Assembly: GCA_951406725.2 (NCBI GenBank)
Contig: OX597820.1
Location: forward strand, 99,944,001-100,008,000
Direction of reading: 5' to 3'
Source: Octopus vulgaris
Lineage: Eukaryota
Length of the DNA stretch: 64,000 nucleotides
Made by a program: the position numbers and the translations under genes. The notes under the pieces are model-generated. The model saw only the letters and a program-made list of their open reading frames with translations. It was not told the DNA's origin and did not search any database. Position 1 is the first letter of the stretch. Each line of letters starts with the position of its first letter. Positions 28,664 through 40,140 of this stretch are shown piece by piece.

Positions 28664-28700
28664 TTTTTTACGTTTCGAGCAAAGCTCTTCCTCGGAAACA
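28664..28700 (-). ncRNA. Degenerate minimal type I hammerhead-like motif
   Basis: The minus strand reads ttt-CCGAGGA-a-gagc(ttt)gctc-GAAA-cg-TA-aaa. The core differs from CUGANGA at one position. Confidence 0.5.
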
Positions 28701-29159
28701 GGAAACAGAAAAGTCCAAAAGGAAGAAGGAGGAAAAAAATCGCCAAGAGTCCACGTGTAGTTACATCTTGGAATGATCGAAAGTAGATAGACAAAGAGAA
28801 AGTGGTTCCTGGGACAGGCGAGTGTGAATAATGGTTGGCATTTGTGTGTGTGTGTGGTGGTAACTGTGTGTTGTGTGTTGTATGTGTGGTATTGACTATT
28901 TACATGTGTATGTTTATGTGAGTGATCTGCATGTGTCTGTTTATGTCGGAGTGAGGTAGCAGCTATGGTGACAGGTATATGTATGGGCGGTTGTGTGTTT
29001 TTGCACGTGTGCGTAGATGAGATGGTCAGTAGTGAGTCGGGGCAGTTTGAAGGGTGTTTCAGAAGTGGTCTGAAGGGTGTGTGAATGCGTGGGTATGGAT
29101 GTGTGGAGGGCATATGCATAAATTGCGTGTGTGTCCCACTCTCTCTCTGTCTGTCTCTC

Positions 29160-30145
29160 TCTGTATATGTATGTGTATGTTTTCGTGTGTGTGTGTGGGG
29201 ATGTGTATTTATGTGCGTGTGAGTGTATTATGTGTGTGTGTGTATGTGTGTGTGTTGTCCATCTACGTTCATGTGTGTGTGTGTGCGTGTGTATGTGTAT
29301 GTATGTGTGTATATGCTTGTGGTTGTGTATGTGGAAGTATATGTGAGTTCCTGTGTGTGCATGCGTGTGTGTGCGAGTGTGTATTTGTATGCGTGCGTGT
29401 ATGTACGTGTGTGTATGTATATGTGCGTGTGCATGTATGTACGTACGTGTATGTATGTGTGCGTGTGAGCGTGCGTGTGTGTATGTGTGCATGTATGTAC
29501 GTATGTGTATGTATGTCTGTGTATGTATGTGGGTGCATGTATGTGTGTGTCGTATGTGTGGAGGTATATGTGCGTTCGTATGTGCGTGTGTGTGTGTGTA
29601 TGTACATGTGCGTATGTACATATGTGTATGCATGTGTGTGCATGTATGTGTGTGTTGTGTGTATGAAGGTATATGTAGGTGTGTGTGTGCGTGCGTGTGT
29701 GTGTGCGTGTGTATATGTGTGTGTGGAGGTATATGTGCGTTCGTGCGTACGTGTGTGTGTGTGTGTGCGTGTATGTACATGTGTGTATGTACATATGTGT
29801 ATGCATGTGTGTGCATGTATGTGTGTGTTGAGTGTGTGAAGGTATATGTAGGTGTGTGTATGCGTGCGTGTGTGTGCGTGTGTATATGTGTGTGTGCATG
29901 TATGTGTGTTATGTGTGTGTCGTGTGTGGAGTTGTACGTGCGTTCGTGTGTGTGCGTGTGTATATGTGTGTGTGCATGTATGTGTGTGTGCATGTATGTG
30001 GGTTATGTGTGTGTCGTGTGTGTGTAGGTGTATGTGCGTTCGTGTGTGTGGAGGTGTATGTACGTTTGTGTGAGTGGCGTGCATGTGCGCGAGCGCGCGT
30101 GTGCCTGCGTGCGTGCTTATGTGTGTGTGTGTGTGTACGTGTGAG
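29160..30145. repeat. Complex (TG)/(TA)/(CG) alternating purine-pyrimidine satellite with higher-order duplications
   Basis: Blocks such as ggaggtatatgtgcgttcgt and gtatgtacatatgtgtatgcatgtgtgtgcatg recur at roughly 170-175 bp spacing. Confidence 0.85.
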
Positions 30146-30639
30146 GGAGAGAGAGAGTAACAGAATCAATATTAATACCAAAAGGTAATATTTATCCTTG
30201 CTTAAATGTGGATATTGTGTTAAAACATGATATACTGTGTTGTTTACCATGACGGAAGCCCCGATATGAACTAGTTTGGCACACGTGGTGCTTTGAGATC
30301 TCAAAGCGCGGAACTTCATCCAGAAATATACTTTTAAACAATATGTGCATTATGCTATTTACATCATAATCAAATATTTAACTATGCACACACGTATTTA
30401 TGGTGTTTACAAAATGTAAGTATTTAGAATGAACTCAACTACGACTGCATCAGCAGGAGATGATACTCAGGTCTGAATGATGTAAAAAAAAAGACAGAAG
30501 TGCAGATGTAAGATCAGACATCACCTTCAGCAGGCAGTGCTGCAACTGAAGCCGAAAATGCTAGCCATGAAAGTAAATAGAATGCTTGCAGTGGAAAGAC
30601 TGATGGAGACTCCAATGCTGGGGATTTTTCACCTAGAAG

Positions 30640-31200
30640 TACCAACGGTTTCCATGCACTCCAGCAGGTAAAAGATTTTCAGAAACAATGGGGCAGTGCC
30701 AGAAGATTGGAGAAAAGGTACCATAATTAAGCTAATAAAGCATTTGGAGTACCTAGTGGGATCTGACCCTGTTCTCGGTGCCGAGCAAGGTCTTCCCAGT
30801 CTAGTTATAACATTTGAAAGATGCACAACTAAATAGAAAGTTCAAGGATGATATAGTAGGATTCCGAGCAAGATCATGCACCGAAGAGATTTTCGTATTG
30901 CAAGACATTTTTGAGCAGTGCGTATAACTCCAGCCACCACTGGTCAGCAATTTTATCGATTCAAAAAAAAACTTTTGACAGTGTACACTATGAAATGTTG
31001 TGGTGTATTTCCTAAGCATATTGTGAACCAGACAATTGCCTCTCCATCTTTAACGGTCTGTATGTCAACTCAAGCTGTTATGTGAGAACTGAAAGCAGCA
31101 ATACAGAATTCTTTGACATTATCACTAGAGTGAGACAGGTTTGTCTCCTGTTACACCTGTTGTTTCTTCTGGTCATCAATTTTGTCATGTGGAAAGCCCC
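30640..31200 (+). mobile_element. RTE-clade LINE reverse-transcriptase fragment, degenerate
   Basis: Manual translation gives 'VPEDWRKGTIIKL', 'GFRARSCTEEIFVLQDIFEQC', 'NFIDSKKTFDSVH' and 'FFDIITRVRQVCLL'. Confidence 0.8.
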
Positions 31201-31234
31201 AAATGGACTAACTGCTAATATTTTCAATTTCCTG

Positions 31235-31495
31235 ATGTCAGGAGAGTAAGCTGCTGGAATATAACCAAACGAATATGATAGACAAGTAACGATAGAAATA
31301 AAAACTTGAGATATGGACGTTCACACGGAAAAAATGAGGTCTATAGACCAAAGTTTCGAGGAGAACCTAAAGACAAAATTTATAGAGATCACAAAAGTGA
31401 CAAGGAATACTGACTAGCACCACTATTTCTAGAAAGAAGAGCTTAAACAACTAAAAAGCCAAAAAGCACTATCTTAATGGCTGACAAAGGGAGGT
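31235..31495 (+). mobile_element. Possible Penelope-like element RT N-terminal remnant
   Basis: 'LKQLKSQK/STILMADKGR' resembles the L..LK....I..ADKG motif of Penelope-like RTs. An inverted partial copy lies at ~31802-31945. Confidence 0.45.
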
Positions 31496-31945
31496 AAGTC
31501 CCCAACATATATAGCCGGATCGACGATTTCAGATTTTGATGTAGACCATCTTAATCCTCATCAACGACTCTTAATGCTTAAGATTAAACTCAACTAACAC
31601 AACCGTTGAGAACATGTACCGATGTTCAAAACTGTAAAAGTGTAAACAAGTTAAATGGGTGCCTTATTAGCAGTTTGAACTGTATGTCAACTCAAGCTGT
31701 TATGTGAGAATTGAAAGCAGCAACACAGAATTATTTGACATTATCACTGGAGTGGGATAGGGTTGTCTCCTGTTACCCCTGTTCTTTCTTCTTGTCATCA
31801 ATTTAGGTTCTCCTCAACACTGTTTGGTCTATGGACCTCATTTTTTTTCTGTGTGAACGTCCTTGCCTAAAGTTTCTTTTTCTTATCCTTACTTGTCTGT
31901 CATATCAGCATGGCTATATTCCAGAACCTTACGCTCCCGACGCCA

Positions 31946-32122
31946 AGGCGGCAAACCGGGCAAAATGATTGGCGGCAATTCACCCATCTTCACATTCGGA
32001 GATCAAATTCCGCCTAGATCGACTTTGCCTTTCATCCTTTCGGGGTCGATGAAATAAGTACTAGTTGATGTAATTGACTTAACTCCTCCCGCGAAATTGC
32101 TGGCCTTGTGCCAAAATTTGAA
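31946..32122 (+). mobile_element. SINE family B
   Basis: tcaaattccgcctagatcgactttgcctttcatcctttcggggtcgat...ggccttgtgccaaaatttgaaa. Confidence 0.8.
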
Positions 32123-32156
32123 ATAATTTATATATATATATATATATTTATATATG

Positions 32157-32471
32157 TAATAAGGGTTTTTTGCAACAAGTTGCTTAAACCACATACCGAA
32201 AATTTTAGAAATAGCAGCCAAAGGACTACTATTTCCTTTTACTACAAAAATAAGTCTCCACAGACAACAATATTTGTAACTCATATATGGCAAAAAAAAG
32301 AAGAAAAATATTATTCATTATTTTTCTTCTTTTTTTGCCATATGTGAGTTACAAATATTGTTGTCTGTGGAGACTTATTTTTGTAGTAAAAGGAAATAGT
32401 AGTCTTTTGGCTGCTATTTCTAAAATTTTCGGTATGTGGTTTAAGCAACTTGTTGCAAAAAACCTTTATTA
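32157..32471. repeat. Long foldback palindrome (~153-bp arms, 8-nt loop) beside a (TA)n tract
   Basis: Arms are 32157-32310 and 32319-32471, with 3 substitutions and one 1-nt indel. Confidence 0.95.
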
Positions 32472-32579
32472 TTATAATTATATAAATTTTTATCGAATAT
32501 GGTCCTTTTCCGTACCGAAATACTACTAGGTGAAATTTGTTGATTTTATTTAATTAATTATATTTCACCCTATATCTGT

Positions 32580-32655
<76 letters not shown>

Positions 32656-32687
32656 TGCATAATATTATATTATATATATATATATGG

Positions 32688-32719
<32 letters not shown>

Positions 32720-32769
32720 GCATACACAAACACATTCACGCATACATATATATATATGTATGTATGTAT

Positions 32770-32895
<126 letters not shown>

Positions 32896-33036
32896 CGTTT
32901 ATCAATTCGTTTTACATGATTCCTGATGTGAAATCGTGTGTTGAAACAGATAATGTTATATTTTGGGACGGTCAATTTTTCTAAATAATCACACGCACTG
33001 TATAGTTTTGCTTTGCTCGTTTATTACTGTTCTTAT

Positions 33037-33199
33037 TTTATCATTTTAACTCATGTCCATTGTCCGGAAATCTTTCGTCACACATCTGTAACCTCTTCAG
33101 CAACACTTTTCGTTTTCGTGTGTGTTGTTGCTCCACTTTACTCCATTCTCTTCTTCTAAGATGTGTATCTTTATGTGCGCATGCGTTTGTGTCCTTGTT

Positions 33200-33232
<33 letters not shown>

Positions 33233-33341
33233 CATAGTTTTAGCAACAGTGTGGCTTTCCCTCAACGAAAAGTGTCGCTGAAGAGGTCACAGATGTGTGA
33301 CGAAAGATTTCCGGACGATGGATATGAGTTAAAATGATAAA
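33037..33341. mobile_element. Foldback element with 78-bp inverted arms, each containing a hammerhead-like core
   Basis: Arms are 33037-33114 and 33264-33341 (4 mismatches), with diverged extensions to ~32950 and ~33445. CTGAAGA-g-gtcaca(gatg)tgtgac-GAAA lies at 33278-33305. Confidence 0.8.
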
Positions 33342-34044
33342 TAAATAATAAATAAATAAAAAACAGTAATAAACAAGTGAAGAAAAAATATATGTGCGTG
33401 TGTTTATTTGTCAAAAAGAAATGACATTCTTGGGATACAACAATATATATATACTTTCATATATAAAGCGTATACAGGTATATACACACAAAGAGAAGAG
33501 CTCTGGCAGGACTTCTTACATGCATGAAAGAGCAGTTAAACCCAACCACGGAAAAATAATTTAAAAGGCACGCCGATAAAGCACTAGAAGGGAAGGAATT
33601 ATTATTTTTAGTTAATCTCATACTCGAGTTTCCTTATTAATGAGCAAATAAATTAATTTGTCATCTGTGGTTCATCAATGAGATCGCTAAAAGAATGCAT
33701 AATTATGTAGCAATAATATGTACTGAAAGAACCGTGCGAGCTACATCATAAATATATATACGTAATGCATATCTTCTCTTCGATATCATTTCGAAGAAAT
33801 ACGCCTATTTTGGATTTCGGCAAAGCAAGTGCAATTGATGTATGCATGTTTGTACATATGTCTGCATGTATGTATGTATTATGTATGCAAGTAAGCAAGC
33901 ATGTATTTATGCATGTATGTATGTATGTATGTATGTATGTATGTATGTATGTATGTATGTATGTATGTATGTATGTATGTATGTATATATGTATGTATGT
34001 ATGCTTGTATGTATGTATGAATGTATGTATGATGAAGTTGTAGA

Positions 34045-34410
34045 ACTTCTCCGATAACCACTTGTGACTCTTTCCGGATGTATGGCAAGGAGCTACCTCA
34101 CAAATGACCTTCCAGCAGCAACCCTCTCTAGCCAGAGTTTGACCGCAATCTCCAGGAACTTCACATAACCGTCTGAATTGATCCTAAAGTTCTGTTCAAA
34201 CGTGTAGGGCGATATTAGGGCACCCTCACTGGAGACACACCCAAAAGGTCATCGCAGTTTGGAGGTAACTTAATTATCATAGTACCTATGACATGTCTTT
34301 ACAGTCATTTATATGGCTTCCTCTATACCATTATGATTTTTTATCATTATGATCGCCAACGACGTTGACTGTTCACCAATAGATCAAGCTGAAAAAAAAA
34401 GAAAAAATCC
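34045..34410 (-). mobile_element. Tc1/mariner-superfamily (maT/DD37D-like) transposase remnant
   Basis: Minus-strand peptides are 'DLLVNSQRRW' and 'GCVSSEGALISPYTFEQNFRINSDGYVKFLEIAVKLWLERVAAGR'. Confidence 0.65.
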
Positions 34411-34522
34411 TTCAGTTTAGCTCGAACACCCTGTATCTCTAAGTGTGTGTGTGTGTGTGTATGTGTGTGCGAATACACATACACACACACACACAAGCAT
34501 ATATATATATATATATATATAT

Positions 34523-34850
34523 AGTGAAGGTGCATGGCGCAGTGGTTAGAGCGTCGAGCTTACGATCGTAAGGTTGTGAGTTCGAATCCCGGACCAGGCT
34601 GCGCGTTGTGTTCTTGAGCAAGACACTTTATTTCACGTTGCTCCAGTCCACTCAGCTGTAGAAATGAGTTGCGACGTCACAGGTGCCAAGCTGTATCTGC
34701 TGTTGCCTCTCCCTTTGATAGCACTGGTGGCGTGGAGAGGGGGGACCGGTATGCATGGGCGACCGCTGGTCTTCCATAAACAACCTTGCCCGGACTTGTA
34801 CCTGGAAGGTAACTTTCTAGGTGTAATCCCACGGTCAGTCATGACCGAAG
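34523..34850 (+). mobile_element. tRNA-derived SINE family D
   Basis: tggcgcagtggttagagcg...gagttcgaatcccgg, then ttcttgagcaagacacttta. Matches 8441-8770. Confidence 0.85.
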
Positions 34851-34851
34851 C

Positions 34852-34900
<49 letters not shown>

Positions 34901-34901
<1 letters not shown>

Positions 34902-35029
34902 TTTATTTAAAGCAGCAGAAAATTCAACAAAACCTGTTACTCTGAGTTTCCCGTTGCCGTTCATCATGAACGGCAACGGGAAACTCAGAGTAACAGGTTT
35001 TGTTGAATTTTCTGCTGCTTTAAATAAAG
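34901..35029. repeat. Perfect palindrome (64-bp arms, 1-nt spacer) between (TA)n tracts, centred on a truncated hammerhead-like core
   Basis: Arms are 34901-34964 and 34966-35029. The outward reading is (TG)ATGA-acggcaacgg-GAAA-ctcagag-TA-acagg...AATAAA. Confidence 0.9.
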
Positions 35030-35098
35030 CATATTACTCTACCACTGGTATTTGAGTACTCTTTTTTCCACCTTGTTTCACATTTATGTGTTTACTCC

Positions 35099-35141
<43 letters not shown>

Positions 35142-35459
35142 TACCTTTCTCTCAATGTTTTTTTAAGCACATCTCTCACTTTCGATGTATTTGTCTCATC
35201 TCGAATATTATGAGTGGTAATACGTACAGTGAGACAAACATAATGTTCCCTATACAGCAAACTCGTCATAATCTCTTAGTCAAGGATCATATCGTAAGAA
35301 GACATAGTCAAATATATTATCCAATATACACACATATATACAAAATGTTTATATTATATGTTCACGTCTAAAGACCAATAAGTTTCAAGACGTTTCTTAA
35401 AAACTTGAAAGAAGCAACGATACGAGTTTGACTTTTGAAATTAGTGATATTACCAATAA

Positions 35460-35571
<112 letters not shown>

Positions 35572-35929
35572 GATGATGATCATGATGTTGATCACGATAA
35601 AAATCAATATCATGTTGGGTTGCTTAATACTTTTAAAGAAGCCAAAATAATGTGTACATGAAAAACACTTCTAACTGATTTTATTGATAAATTTATTATT
35701 ATATTCATGACTATTTTGTTGTTACTTAAATATTAAATTAATAGAAGTATATATAATTATATACATACACACATACACACATATATATATACACACATAT
35801 ACATATGAACATATGTATATATATATGTGTGTGTGTTTGTATATATGTATGTATATTTACACTCACACACACGTATGTGCTTGTGTGTATATATACATAT
35901 ATATAAAGGTGTATGTATGTATGTATATA

Positions 35930-35976
<47 letters not shown>

Positions 35977-36156
35977 GCATGAATAAGTGTGTATGTTCAA
36001 GTGCACATATGAATAAACGCGTATATATTATATACATATATATGTATGAATGCGTGTGCGTGTGTGTATATATACATACATACACACATGTATACATACA
36101 TAGATACATACATACACACATGCATACATGCATACATACATACATACATACATACA

Positions 36157-36239
<83 letters not shown>

Positions 36240-36696
36240 GAAAATCATCTTTTCAGACAATGCTACTTCAGTTCAGTAAGCTGGCAATATTGCCTCTTGT
36301 GTTTAAAATATTTAAAAAATACCTTTACTACCACAAGTGGTGACTATCTGAATAGTGCGTGACTATCCGAATCGTGGTCCAGTCACGCACTGTGCCAGGC
36401 CATCAGATTAAATGGTGTGAATAATAACAGCAAAAGAAATACAAGTGCAATATTAACAATAACAAAAGCAATAAGAATGACTTTAACAACAGCCGCCGTT
36501 TAGTTTCCAGGAAGCACGTAACATGAATATAACTAAAAATCACGAGATTACCACGTGGTTGTCGTCGTAGCCTGGATAGCTAAGTTCCAAATGAGCTGCC
36601 TCTGTTATGGAGAATCGATAACCGCTAGCAGCCATGTATACATTATATTCCTATCCTCTTAAACTGTTTCTTTTCTGCTTAGGTCAAAAAATCACG

Positions 36697-36850
36697 TGTG
36701 GCTGTGAGGTAAGAAGATTGCTTTCCAACCACATGGTTTTTGGTTCAGTCCCACTGCACAGCACCACGGGAATGTGTCTTCTGCTATAGCCTCGGTCTGA
36801 TCAAAGCCTTGTGAGTGGATTCGTTAGACAGACATTTAAAGAAGCTTCCT
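36697..36850 (+). mobile_element. SINE family A, 5' half
   Basis: gtggctgtgaggtaagaagattgctttccaaccacatgg...gccttgtgagtggatt. Confidence 0.75.
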
Positions 36851-37059
36851 ATATATATACGTGTGTGTGTGTGTGTGTGTGTGTGTGGTGTATCAGAAAA
36901 CAAAATGACAAACGAATAGATGAGTATCTTCTGATTCCATTAGCATACAGCTGTTCCTGCTACAAGATGCAGTAGAAACATAGTTGAGTGTTTGAGTAAC
37001 AAGGTTCCAGTGAAGCTATAAAGTGTTACTCAAGCACTCAACTATGAGTTAATGGTTAT

Positions 37060-38584
37060 GCCTCCATTGTAAATCTGATCAGAAGCTTGAAGGACTCAGT
37101 TTCCGAAGAGTCCTCATCTAATACCAAACAATCATCAGCCCCTCAGTGTTTTAGTCAGGTGAAACTGTTTGACTTTACACATGATTTGGCACTTTCCAAG
37201 AAAGCAGCGGAGCCATTAGCCTCTGGGTTAAATGAAAATAAAATCCTGAAAGTCCTGCAAAAATCTCATATTTCAGAACGCGGGAGCAGATTTTTGTGAA
37301 CTTTTTCAGAAGACAAGTAATTTGTTTACTACCGCTATATCCCAAACCATTTCATACGGTTGCCTAATATAACCCTACAAAATGGAGATTCATTTTTGAT
37401 AGGTCTAAGCGCAGCCTCAAGAGTGTTCTCTTGCATAATGGCAATGTATTTAGCGCTCTTCCATTTAGCCACTAAGTGCATTTGCGAGAAACCCATGACG
37501 ACATATAAATGATCATTGATTTACTCAAATATCACGAGCACAACATGATCATTTGATTGGACCTAAAAATAGTTAACTTCAACATCCAGCTCAGGCAACA
37601 GAAATGTTTCATTAAGTTACCATGCTGTCTCTGCATGTGGGACAGTCGAATTCGAGGAAAACACTAGACCCAAAAGGAGTGACCCGTCTGTGAAACTCTG
37701 ACCACTAGTATGCCAAACGTTGTGATCGCCAGTCGAGAAATCATTTTCTCCCCACTCCATCTTAAGCTTGGCTTCATGAAGCAGTTTGTCAAGGGATTGA
37801 GTTCTGACTGAATGTTTTCAGTGCGTAGTGTCTGCTCTTCATGATTTGTCTTTCGAGAAAATAAAATCGGTTATACTTGGTGGACCTCAAATTTATGCCC
37901 TTGTATGTGATGAGGAAATTGTCTGAAAGATGACTGAGAAGACAGCGTGGCTGTCATTCGTGGTGGTAATTAAAAATGTCTTACTTGGTAGCGAAAATGC
38001 AGATAACTATGAGGATTTGGTTACTAACATAAATGTAGGCTTTCCGGATCTTGGATGCATCGTGTGCCAAGCTTCATTTCACGAATAGTCAACTTCACCA
38101 TTTCCCTGAGAACCTTGGAGTTGCAAATGATTATCAGAGATAACGCCTCCATCAAGACCTAATAACGACGAAAAAGCGTTATCAAGGATAATGGAAGAGT
38201 CATATGATGGCGGACTATTGCTGGAGTAACAAGCGAGACAAAGTCTATAAGAGTAAAAGCTTCAAACGAAAGTCTTTGCCAGAATAGGAACAATTTGAGC
38301 AATCCTATTTCATTTGTCGTTTCTTGACTTTATTTTAAACTTAAGCGTATATTGTGATGAATTCAAATAGTGTTGAAATTTAAGGTAGTATGACCATAAA
38401 TTCGTAAGATAGAACACAGATTTATGCAAAATGTGTCGAAATTTCGTTAAGAATGAAAAGATTGAATTTCAAAAAAATCTGTAGCTTATAGAGAAAAATC
38501 TGACTTTAGATTTGAATTCAGTACAACCAAATTAGGTAAGCTGTAGTACCTGTATCAATGCCACAAAATCTTTGTTCCCTAGTG
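37060..38584 (+). mobile_element. DNA transposon fossil, Chapaev3-like (CMC) transposase pseudogene with 3' terminus
   Basis: Broken peptides include 'PQCFSQ..DLALSKKAAEPLAS', 'WRFIFDRSKRSLKSVLLHNGN', 'QLRQQKCFIKLPCCLCMWDSR', 'IIFSPLHLKLGFMKQFVKGL', 'FPENLG' and 'MMADYCWSNKR'. The putative end is ttgttccctagtg at 38572-38584. The family assignment is from motif recall. Confidence 0.75.
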
Positions 38585-39298
38585 TGAAAGTTTTGTTATT
38601 GCTTACTTTTTTTATTGAGTACAAGACCAATATTTACATCGAAGAAGTGTGCCATAAGTGTCTTTTCCAAACAGGTTTATTAGAATAATGAAAGTAAGAT
38701 AGTTTCAACAAAGAATCAAAACTAGCTCACGAACACATTGTACAAGCGACAGCCTTCCTCTAAATTGAGTGTCGTTCACCACACGCGTCTATTCATAATC
38801 GAACCATAATTATACGATAAACTTCACTACTCTCATGAGTGATGAGTTAAAGCAACACAAGATTAGAAGGTTTATTTTGATGAGTCTATGTACATATGGT
38901 TACATACATGCGATTAGATTCTGGTTGTAGTTGCTGCTGCTGCTGCTGTTGTTGTTGTTGTTGATGCTGTTGATGATGACGATGATGATGACGATGATGA
39001 CGATGATGATGATGATGAACCTGCTATTGATATACGTGTCGTTTTTAATACATAGGATTATATTTCGTGTGCAGTACTTTTGAAGTATGTGGTGCCAGCA
39101 ATAACATCATTTAGTATTTGAAATTTGAGTCCCTCTATATTTGTCCGCGCTCAAGTTATTTTAATTATTTGGCTTTTTTGGCTGTTGCCCACTTTCCTCT
39201 TTGTCGTTTTCCTCACAACGTATTCACTACAATCCAATATTTCGTTTTTTTCTTTCTCTCAGACCCACACTCTCCCTCTCTTTATCTCCCCGCCCCCC

Positions 39299-39455
<157 letters not shown>

Positions 39456-39458
39456 CTT

Positions 39459-39758
39459 GTGGAGGCGCAGTGGCCCAGTGGTTAGGGCAGCGGACTCGCG
39501 GTCGTAGGATCGCGGTTTCGATTCCCAGACCGGGCGTTGTGAATGTTTATTGAGCGAAAACAACCAAAGCTCAACACGAGGCTCTGGCAGGGGGTGGTGG
39601 CAATCCCTGCTGTACTCTTTCGCCACAACTTTCTCTCACTCTTTCTTCTGTTGGCCTGCTCGCTTAGCCAGCTGGGTGGCGTCGTTTGAAGGCTAAAACA
39701 ATGCGAAACGATGTGTAGCAACATCTGATAGCCTGGTCGGTCACGTGATCACGTGATA
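39459..39758 (+). mobile_element. tRNA-derived SINE family C with 8-bp TSD
   Basis: The head is nearly identical to 12523-12700. The TSD tatgtctt occurs at 39451-39458 and 39759-39766. Confidence 0.85.
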
Positions 39759-39924
39759 TATGTCTTAAAATTTAATGTATTTCTAGCCCATATATACGTA
39801 TATATATAAGCCCTAGAAATGCGTTAGATTTTTATACTTTTTTTTTTGTTTGAATAAAGTTTTATTTAATATTATAAAGAGTAAATATTTTCATCTGGGA
39901 GTGTTAAGTTTAGATTATGCTTAA

Positions 39925-40140
39925 TCCTTTTACATTTGAACCTGCTAAGTCCATCCCAGGTATTCTACTTGTTTTATGTTCAAACTGGCCAGATCCAATC
40001 TCTCATGCCTTTCCTACAATGTTATTTTGAACATAAACTATTACATGATCAAAACCTTGAAGCTACGAGGTAATGCATGACTAATTCAAACAAATGTGAA
40101 TAAATATTACGTTTGACAGGGTAATCCCGATGCTAAAAGG
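39925..40140. mobile_element. piggyBac-like MITE
   Basis: TTAA at 39921-39924 and 40141-40144, with degenerate inverted ends tccttttacat / atgctaaaagg. Confidence 0.55.

Noticed and set aside
28941-30319. Long His/Thr- and Cys/Val-rich ORFs (up to 350 aa)
   Set aside because: They are open in several frames on both strands because (CA)/(TG) repeats lack stop codons. There is no domain signal.
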